Positions 35,257 through 44,814 of a stretch of DNA of 44,814 bases are shown here, piece after piece. The stretch covers positions 43,969,496 through 44,014,309 of the forward strand of contig NC_068981.1 in NCBI RefSeq assembly GCF_001194135.2, in the 5' to 3' direction. Every line of letters begins with the position of its first letter. Positions within the stretch are counted from its first letter, which is position 1. Position numbers and translations under genes: made by a program. The notes below the pieces were generated by a model. It had not been told where the DNA came from, did not search any database, and worked only from the letters and a program-made list of their open reading frames with translations. Source of the stretch: Octopus bimaculoides. Taxonomy: Eukaryota.

Positions 35257-36514
35257 CTGAAATCTCCGACTTATGACTGCACTAAGTTAATGCAGAATGA
35301 AGCTATGTTACCACATTCTGAATATAATGTAGCAGATCAGAATTTATACGCTAACTAAAAGTCAATACCTTATTTACAAGGGCATCTTACTTGTTTTATA
35401 TTTGATATTAAAAAAAGATATCATCTTTTCCCTTTAAAATATTGCATGCGCCTGTCTATATATCGTGTGAGTCTGTTTTTATATCTAACATCATGTAATT
35501 CTTTATTATCACCCTTGTGATTTATTATGATCTATTGAAATGATTAGAATAATTTCCCCCTAAGCAATTTAGTTCATCGCAAAATGCTTGATCTCATTCA
35601 GAGTATAGAACAATCTGTCTAAAACATCAACAGCGTATTAATCATGAAGTTACCTTTGATCACATATATTTAGCTGTTTCTAATTTAGGCATAATATTTT
35701 CTCATGAAATTAACAGGTGTAGTCGAATGTGTAAACAAGAGTGAGACAGAATGGAGAGCAACGTTTCGCATTGTTCTTCATTGCACAAAAAGGTTTGTCT
35801 CCATATTATTTCTTAGCACAATTGTCTATTCCAGCACAATGTTAAGTGTCACAATATTTCTGAACGCAGAGAGAAAACCTCATTGACGTGAAAATTAATA
35901 CTTCATAGTTTACATTATATTCACACGTATATTCATACTCTGATTAGTCTTATTTCTTAGCAAAACTACATAGGTTCTCCTTAAAATAAAAATTGTCTCA
36001 CCTACTTACGAGTGGAAATGCTTTCTTTTTTATACATTGTAATTTATATTAAAGTAAAATCTCACCTCAATCACATTAAAGTAAGCCCTTGGTAAAGAAC
36101 AGGAAGAACAGCAACAACAGCAGGAGTAATTAAAGAAGCCAAAAAAGCTCTGTGTATTCAGATAGAATCTTTTTAGAAACGAAATGACATATGTCTGATC
36201 TACTTAGTGATGGAAAAACTCCTTTTATGCAAGGAAAACATCGGTTTCTAAATGTACATAATATTGGCGTAAGCACTCGGTAAGCAAAGCACAACAACAG
36301 CAACAATGTTACTTAAAAGATGAGGGAAGCTTTTATGCATTTCCTTTTTCAGCAAGGTATATCAGCCAAATACTCTTCCAAATCACATACCCACGGAACA
36401 AATTGGATCTGGCAGAACAATCTTTACAATTTAAACCAATAAGACAAATAATTTATAGTTCTAACTTATATTTAAAATTTGCCTCTGTTGGAGAAAAATG
36501 ATTAGGCTTATGTA

Positions 36515-37802
36515 CAGGGTGTTCCAAAAGTCACTGAGGGGATTTAATTTTTAATAACTCCCTTATTTTTAGAAATAGGTGTATGAAATTTTATTTTTAT
36601 ATAGATGAGATAATGGAAATTAATTTGCATTAGTCCGTTTTCATCATAACTCTGTATTACGTATGGAAAATGACATCTTTTAAATGACGTCCATTTTCAG
36701 CTTCACACATCCGTACCCTTTCCAAAATATGTTCGATGACAACGGTAAGGGTTTCAGGGTCCAGTTCCCCGATTTTTCTAGTGATGTTCTCCTTTAATTG
36801 CCCCAGGCTTTCTGGTTTGTCGACAAACTTTCTCTTTGAGGTACCTCCACAAGAAAAAGTCAGGGCTGGTCAAGTCTAGGAAACGCGATGGCCAGTTGAC
36901 ATCGCAGTAGTGAGAGATAATTTTTCTCTCCAAAACATTGCCTCAGCAACTGTATTGTCTCTCTTGCCGTATGAGAAGTTTCCCCATCTTATTGGAACAA
37001 CACACCGGGCCTATTTCACATGGTCGGGTGCAAAAAGTCTCGATCATGGACCTGTACTGCTCATCAGTCACATTGACCGCATACCCATCGTCGTCTTCAA
37101 GGAAATGAGGCCCGATTATCTCTTCTGCCGTAATTGTACACCATACTGTACACGTTACGGGGTTAAATTGTCTTTGGTGTACTGCTCTCGGATTCTTAGA
37201 GCCCCCAAACCGGCAATTTTTTCTGTTGATGAAAACAATTAAATGAAAGTGAGCTTCTTCAGACATGATCAATTGTTATGTAAAATTTGGATTATTTCGT
37301 GTTAATTTCTGGATTCTAACCTCGTATTGAGGTCTGTGTTCATAGTCCTGGAGATTCAACTGTTGAAACAAATGTACTGTACCTTGTATTGAACCTTTGC
37401 AGCGGCGTTCGTGAAATCTCAAACTTTCTGGACTGCCTTGGAGTTGATTTGTCCGGATTCTGTTCAATACTCTCACGCACTCGTTCCCTTGCTTCATGGG
37501 TTCTGACAGCGCAAGGTATCCTAGGTCGTGGGAGTTCACTTACTGCCCCTTGTTTTTCAAAACGATGACCTAAGTTCCATCTTTCACTTGAAAGTACAGA
37601 TGATATGCTCTCTGGGTTTGGTTGATTAACCTCTGATTTTGATAGAACAATTTATTTCACCGCTTCGGTGTATTGTGTGGTGCAATATTTTTCTATAATT
37701 AATTTCCGGACCTAGTCCGTAAAATCCCTGAAAAAAGTAAAAGGTCAAAAGTAAAAGAATTATCAAAAATTGCAACTCCTCAGTGACTTTTGGGTCACGC
37801 TA
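36515..37802 (-). mobile_element. Full-length decayed Tc1/mariner-superfamily DNA transposon, DD41D (rosa/Visitor) type, 1288 bp
   Basis: Imperfect 25-bp TIRs (CAGGGTGTTCCAAAAGTCACTGAGG vs reverse complement TAGCGTGACCCAAAAGTCACTGAGG, 21/25 identical), TA on both flanks (36513-14, 37803-04), internal transposase relic on the minus strand. Confidence 0.93.
36657..37696 (-). pseudogene. DD41D transposase pseudogene with several stops and frameshifts
   Basis: Minus-strand pieces IMSEEAHFHL (DEAH->EEAH), VTCTVWCTITAEEIIGPHFLEDDDG, LFQ*DGETSHTARET, DVNWPSRFLDLTSPDFFLW and ENGRHLKDVIFHT*. After correcting one frameshift, 41 residues separate the second and third catalytic D. The probable start codon reads ATA. 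Confidence 0.9.
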
Positions 37803-38430
37803 TATCAGCTGTAGTATATTCAGTATGCGAGTAGATACAGTATCAATAACCAGTAGATTAACTAAAATGTAAGGTTAGTGTATACGTGCATTGGTAGTTG
37901 TGGCTTCATATTTTTCAAGTGATAAGCAATAAACATTCTTTCTAATTGTTTATACTGAAAACATCTGGATTCAATAACTTTCTTAGTGTTCATGTCTGTC
38001 CAAGAACCTTAATAAAAATATCCTTATTCCGCAGTTTTGTTTTTGTAGGGAGATGAAAGCTTAGCACGTTTATGTATTTCTGTAGTGCTTATGTGACATG
38101 AAAACTTATCACATTTTCGAATGGACACAGTTTAATGGATAGAATTTAGAAGAGAGAAATAAAAATTGCTTTAGGACATGGTCACATTTCGGACAAAATA
38201 TTAGTAATGCAAACGTCACCTGGGCATCTGACTACTCAAGTTGATGTAGAATATTTTAATACTTGGAAGTAAAACATCACTCTTAAATCATCCTATATTT
38301 TCTTCCTAGCATTGTATTATGGATCTTTACAAATTTTACACGAATCATGAATAGTGTTCGTTATGTTAGAGTAAGCTATTATATGTGATGTTGTTTCTGA
38401 TTTGATCCTGTGTCCACTACATTTACTCAC

Positions 38431-38571
38431 CACTTGATTTTTTTTATCATCCATTATTTTCTCATGCACAAATCTCAAGTATGTCCAATACCAATCCCAA
38501 CCCAATGTTCTCTTCTTCTCAGACAAGGGATAGCGAACTTTGACAACTTGATGTTTAGGTGTAATGTCAGC
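38431..38571 (-). CDS. Candidate internal exon, phase 0-0: ADITPKHQVVKVRYPLSEKKRTLGWDWYWTYLRFVHEKIMDDKKNQV
   Basis: Acceptor TTTCTGGCAG, consensus donor GTGAGT, 47 open codons of non-repetitive sequence. Confidence 0.45.
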
Positions 38572-39364
38572 CTGCCAGAAATGTCACTACATCTTTTCAG
38601 TATTTCCTTGCATTTTATTGAATTTCTTCCAACTCTTTCCTGTGTATCTTGAATAGTGTAAGTGCATATTGATTTTTTGGTCTTTCTCTCTAAATGTGCA
38701 TTTTTTCATATACTGTTATATTTTTATTTTTATTTTTATTTCATGACAGTTAGTTTCAGGGTCATACTATTTTTATTGTCATGTATGTTTGCTTGACAAA
38801 TAAACCACCAACGACTTTATTCATCTAAATTATCTTGAGGCTGCATCATTTGTTCTATACATAACATAATATCTGCATAAATCTAAATGTCAGTTTGCTA
38901 AACTGCAGACATGTTCATAACAGCTCAGCAAGCAATGAACCACTTAGTGAGTTTGTGTGCATTTTCAAGTTATTGTATTGAAAATAAAGTAAAATTACAC
39001 TGTTATCAAACTTTGTTTTAAAATCTTCTAAACTGTTAACAAACCGAAACTAAGATTTTATTTAAGTGTCGTTGCTGAAAGTGATGGCGGAAATACCTTT
39101 CTTAAATTAAGCATTGTTCTTCTCTCTGTATTTTAAGTTCAAAGTCTGTCAGACTAGATTTATCATTACAGATTTGAATATGAATTAGTGATAATTTGGA
39201 TCGATTTCAATTAATTATAATCTTCCCAAACAAAAACAATATAAATAGGAACAAAGAAATAAATGGCCAGAACAAATTTTGGGAATTCATATAAAGCAGT
39301 AGTTTGTTTTCCACATTCTTGTGTTATGCACATAAAGTTTATTCATATTATATTGTAGAGTACT

Positions 39365-39530
39365 GAGGATTGGCAGAATTGTAAGAACGTTAGAGAATAT
39401 GCCTTGCGGTATATGTTCCTGTTTATTTCTTTCTGAATTAAAAAACCTTCGATGTGAGCTTTTCCTTTGCTTTTTCCAGTTCGATAAGATATAAAGTACT
39501 AGCGAAGCACTGGGAATCTCGACTTAACTG
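39365..39530 (+). mobile_element. Highly degenerate SINE family B copy
   Basis: TTGGCAGAATTGTAAGAACG..ATGCCTTGCGGTAT..CGATAAGATATAAAGTACTAG..GCACTGGG..CGACTTAA is loosely collinear with family B. Confidence 0.5.
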
Positions 39531-40598
39531 TAAGGCTCCATTGATAGAGGAGGTTTCACACCTACTGCAATGCACTCTGAATACGGGCCCCATTAAAAGG
39601 GATTATATAAAAGAAAAGACAAATGGTTAAATTGTATATCTGTTTTCCCATATGACTAGATTAGTATAAATGTAGAATCCTTTCAAAGTTAAAAGTATTG
39701 ATTAGAGTTTAGTCTACTGCTGTTGCAAATTATAAAATAGGAAAATAATCAAAAATAAGTTGAGGCAAATCCACGCAGACATGTAAACAATGAGCAATAT
39801 GAAACGGAAAATAACAATATGAAGAAGATCAATTCAAAATGATACTTTCAAACAATGGTAATTAAATTAACCTTGACACAGCAAAATGATTAGAATTTCT
39901 CCGTGTAAACGAATTCATTTCGGTGATTATCATCACCACAGGTCTATGTAAAACACAATTGTATGTAGCAAGATTAATAGTGTAAGAATTAATGCATGTA
40001 AGGCTATTGCTTGTAAGACATTTTAATTGTAAAACGAGGAAGTGAGTGTTTGTAAATTAAATGCAGACATTTACTAAGACAAGACACCAAACAGTTATGT
40101 ATACATATTCATATAATTTCTTTGACAATTGACAGTGATAGCAATAATAATGAAGGTAATGTAGCTTGCCAATTCATTTCTAACAGAAAATAAACCTCTT
40201 CTGATAATGTTGGATGAAATGACAACTAAGTTGCATGAGTAGCGGTGAAAACAGGAAAATTATAGTGTAAAAAGCTCAATGCTGCTCAGCTGCATAACAA
40301 AATTGTAATGTGTATTGTGTCTGATTTCATATAAATGTGTGTGCCCGTGCGTGTGTGCGTGTGTGTGTGTGTTTGTTCGTGTGTGTGTCTAGAAGATATC
40401 AAGATTGGATTGATGAGCGGATAAATCAACTTGAGGGCAAAATAACTCATTCTTGTTAGGTGTTATTTAGGAAAATATATACTGAAAGCAGTGTTATAAC
40501 GCAGGGTGATTAAAGCTAATTTAAAAGTAAAATTCACGGAATCAGAAAATAAAACCCGATTGAAATATATTCTGCTTTCGTCAATAAGGAATTAAAAC

Positions 40599-40779
40599 CG
40601 TAAATCGAATGGTTTTGGTGTTTCTTGTTTTTCTTTCCTTGAATTCTGTATAATACGATTCTACAGCTATATTTTCTGTCCTTGAGTTGCCATATATAAT
40701 GAATAGCTGCAACACTACGTCGGTATAATTATTTGCTGTATGACTGATGACTGTTACATCGAAACTGAAACTATTATAT
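40599..40779 (-). CDS. Candidate exon, phase 2-0, PLAT-like: YNSFSFDVTVISHTANNYTDVVLQLFIIYGNSRTENIAV...TKTIRFT
   Basis: Strong pyrimidine-rich acceptor CCTTCTCTGTCATCGGTTCGCTTCTGCCAG and 60 open codons, but a weak donor (GTTTTA). Phase-compatible with 38431-38571. Confidence 0.33.
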
Positions 40780-43700
40780 CTGGCAGAAGCGAACCGATGA
40801 CAGAGAAGGTAAATCAGCTTCAAAATTAATAATATGGAGCTTAGTCGACAGCCAAAAGGAAAACAGTTTAAAACTTACTGCTTACCAATTTCAAACTGTT
40901 GTAGTTAGTATTACCGTAGTGATAGTAGTAATTTTGTTCACAGCTTGAAAATTTCGTATTTGTTTTCGTAAACAAAGCTGTAGAACAATAGGAAATTGTT
41001 AATGAGTTTGTAAACAATGTGCTGCACGATCACGTAAAAATATCTAAAGAAGTGCAGTGTTGCTGAATGAAAAAATGTCTAATTAGAAAAGTGTTTATTT
41101 AATCAGATGAAAGTGTCTGTCTGTTTGAAAGTTTTTGGGTCAGCAACAGTAGGTTGATTTGTAACTGTTAAATAAGCACAATTCCGTTGTGTTCAAAATG
41201 ATGGGGACTAACTGTAAGAGGAAATTAAATTTGTTCTTAGGGATGACAACAATTGTGTGTTATATATAACCTTTTTTATATATTTCATACACATCACCTT
41301 TTACATAAGTTCATTGAGGATGTGGACGCATCCCGTGCCCACGAGACTATCTCATGCATAATTTTCCCATCACTCACTTCCTTATATTCCCTTTACTTTT
41401 TATCTTTATATTTCTCTTCATTGACCGTTTACCCCCACTATTCTAAAAGTTTTCTCTTCATTATCTGAATCTTTATATTATTACTGTACATACTACGTTG
41501 TATAATCTACGTATTTGGGTGCTTATGCAGTATTAGCTCTCCAAGGGGAACACAAATTGTTTCTTTCTTCCATTCCTTTCCTTTTAGTGAACGATGCAAG
41601 ATACTTTGCCTCTGCTTTCCACATATTCTGACTTTTGACTTGACTAGACTAGTTTGACTCCTTATAAATTATTATAGTCTATTCATATCCTATATGTCTT
41701 TCTATCTTTATTTTTATTCATTCTTTGTTCTCTAGTGTGTGTCTCTCTCTCTCTTTTCCTTTTTGCACATTTTGTCGCTCTCAATCGCAAAACTTTTCTT
41801 GTATCCCTATTTCACTAACCCCACTTGTCTTTCATTGATGCGTTCATACTCTTAAATATCGGTTTACAGCTACATGTATCGCATATCACCGCTCAATTCT
41901 TCTGAAAGTAAAAATTCGGTCAAAGTCTATGGCTTGGATTTACAGAGATCTCATGTTTATGTGTTAATAATATTCCTTCAAAACTGTAGTGTTATTTTTC
42001 TACTCGTTTATGTGATAATACTATTACAGTAGTCTATAAATTTTTGAAACAGCTGTAAAGAGCTATCTAAAAGTATTTTAATGTGATTATTATATTTTGG
42101 TTATGTTAATATAGCATCTTAAGTAATTGATATAATGGTTACCGTGCTAAATAGGTATGTTTCATTTTTTACTTTTTACTTATGCATACACATGAGTGTG
42201 AGCTTAAATAGATGCTCATATACAAATATATATGCTAACATATATACATAAACACACACACATATTTTAGTTTGCTAGTGTACACAATTTCAATTTATTA
42301 TTGTAAAGTGAAATATTATAAGATACGCATTAAGATAGTCTGGAAAAATATTGGTGTTACAATACATAATTTCATATCAGACAGAAGAAATGTACAATAT
42401 TTCCTGAAAGATATCTATAAAATATTGTCTGCAATAAAAAAAAATATCCATAAAAACAAACAAACTAACAAGAAACAATTCTTTATTAGTTTATCAAACG
42501 TATTTTTGAAATTGTTAAATATGGAATGAAACTGAAGGCAAACGTTCAACTGAGATACATTCAAGAACCTTACCTATTAAAGGAAATCGAAGATAGAAAT
42601 GAAATACTGACAATAGTGAAACAAAGTTATGGAGATCTATAAATTTATTAATCGAAGTAGAAATAACGTTTGTAAAATATCACATTTCTCTGGGTTCTGT
42701 ATTTTATTTTTATTACGTTTATTGAAATGAATGGACTTCTCTAAAAGAAGAAAGTGAAGACAGTATAATCTAATGAAAAAAAATATCTTGTTGTAGTTTT
42801 ACTAACGTAAGGTTTTCGGTTTGTTTGAAGCTTTCCCCATTAACTAAAGTAAAAGAAACATTTTTAGACATTACTAACTGTTTACATATTTTTGGCAAAG
42901 ACTCATTTACAACATTTATACAGGTTTCAAGCTGACCGCATCAGAATAACAAGGAGAGGCAATAGGCAGAGAGCTGATAGTTGTAGCTTCAACAACTTAA
43001 AGAAGCATACACCGAAATTGCTTTCAAAAGAACCAAAAGAACTAAAATAATAATAACAAAACCGAACAATGTGAAAATCAAACATACAGACTTTACCCTT
43101 AAACATTTTCTTTTTTACAATGTTGGTGTTGAAGCCATTATTTGGAATGGGAAAACAAAACAAGCAGCAATAACATCAACAAGAACAACAACGTTCCATT
43201 ATTTACCAACATTCTAAGACTAACGGAGTGACTCCTGCTCAAAGAAAAGAAGTAACAGAGAGATAACGAAAAGAAGGCAGAGACTTTTTGTCTGACAATT
43301 TCATCTAGGAAAGGCTAAGAGGAAGATGATAGTTCTGCATTTCTGTTAAAAAAAAACTGGAGAATGGTTTCATATACCCACAAAAGAGTAGCTGGTGGAA
43401 ACCCGTGCCGACGTTTAGTAGAAAGTATTGTATAATAACCGAGAAGCATTTTCTTGATTTTTAAGGAGGACGAGTTGAGAGACAGATAGATGCAATGCTT
43501 GTTCAGAGGAAGACGCAAAACAGAACATGGATGTCAAGAAAACAAGTTTTGCGACCGAAGTTATAGGCTAGGTCATCAAAATTGAGTTATCTTCAGTTTT
43601 ATTCAACAATGTAGAAACGTTGTGAATGCAGCGGCAAGCTATAATAAGATTTGGTCGCGTCAGATCTGTATGAATTTCCATTACCCAATGACATCTGAGT

Positions 43701-43796
43701 GCAGTCATATCTCTGAATCCTTGAATAGTGCACCATTGATGTAGTGGTGGTGGCATAAATCAAGTTGATGGTGCAAGATAGGAAGGTCCGTTCCGA

Positions 43797-43852
<56 letters not shown>

Positions 43853-44814
43853 GGGATAGAGTAGAATTCTCCAGAAGATGACGAAAGAAGATAGAAACAT
43901 TATCTATTCTCCCATGAAAGAACATGTAATCTTAAACGAAAAAATACACTGTAAACCCCACAAATGGTGTTAGAAATACTGGCAATTTAAAACAATGCAA
44001 TTATAAAGAAACATTTTAAAACCGTTTCCTGCGGATAGAGATTCTGGGTGAACTCAAACAAATAAAAGAATCATGAAATTTATAACAATAATAACTTTAT
44101 CAAAGAAGACATTAACACTAAAACAAATACTAATCAAAAGGCTGAAAGTTTACTTTAAAGTTTCGGGATCTAATTACAATGGAATGAAAGACAACATTAC
44201 AGAATTCAGTAGAAAATCCCGTAGAAAATTACGAATCACAGAAGCATATGTTAGGAATAACAATGGTCAATTGCTTCTTAGATGTATTCAGACTTACAGC
44301 CAGACAGAACATTAGGCCACAGTTGGACGAAAACAAAAAAAACGTCAATGAATCTATAACCAATAAGGACTTGAAAGTATATCGTAAAACCTACATATAT
44401 GTACAAAGCGATTTCAGCTTAAAAAATTCAAATTCTGATCATCAAAAAAAAAATTACTTCTTAATACTTTATCATATCCCAATTGTTAATATAATTTATG
44501 AATTTGAAAATTGCTGAACTAGCAATCATGTATTATTTTTAAGAAATTTATCGAGCATTTGAACTTTTATTATTTTGCATTACTGTGAAAATTATTGAAC
44601 ATTTGAATTTGCATGAACATTTGATATTTTAAGCATGCTTTACCAAACGTTCACCTATATCTTCATTTTCTTTTAAACTTTTATTTACCACTGAAAAAAT
44701 AAAAAGTATTTGTTGAAACCGGTAAGATATTTTAATAGATTGTCAAAAAATTTCAAAATTACAATTCGTTTTAAGCCTCAGATGTATTTTTTCAACATCC
44801 AAAACAACAAGTCT

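Noticed and set aside
35717-35792. Plus-strand exon candidate VVECVNKSETEWRATFRIVLHCTK
   Set aside because: Splice sites are acceptable, but it conflicts with the minus-strand chain and has no recognisable partner exons; unsupported without RNA data.
44073-44517. Two overlapping Lys/Asn-rich plus-strand ORFs, possibly a LINE linker relic
   Set aside because: No endonuclease or RT motif; explained by A-rich composition.
1-44814. CRISPR array, rRNA or prokaryotic operon
   Set aside because: No regularly spaced repeat-spacer array, no rRNA-like sequence, and the window is plainly eukaryotic non-coding DNA.

Overview
Eukaryotic, AT-rich, microsatellite-saturated genomic DNA from a gapped short-read assembly (four large N gaps of about 0.6-0.8 kb and several small ones). 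The SINE families, recognised from memory, point to a cephalopod, most likely Octopus; this is inference. No long intact ORF exists, and nearly all listed ORFs are microsatellite or N-gap artefacts. Well-supported content: a full-length but decayed DD41D (rosa/Visitor) Tc1/mariner element (36515-37802), an internally inverted mariner relic (23004-23540), about ten tRNA-derived SINE copies, several MITE/foldback elements, and short Penelope-like repeats carrying minimal type-I hammerhead-ribozyme-like motifs, two sharing an unusual CUGUUGA core. Host-gene exons can only be proposed at low confidence. The best case is a minus-strand exon pair (40599-40779, 38431-38571) whose joined translation weakly resembles a lipase-type PLAT/LH2 domain. 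Copies of one SINE family suggest a CpG-decay (germline methylation) boundary near 10.3-11.1 kb. No rRNA, true tRNA gene or CRISPR array was seen.
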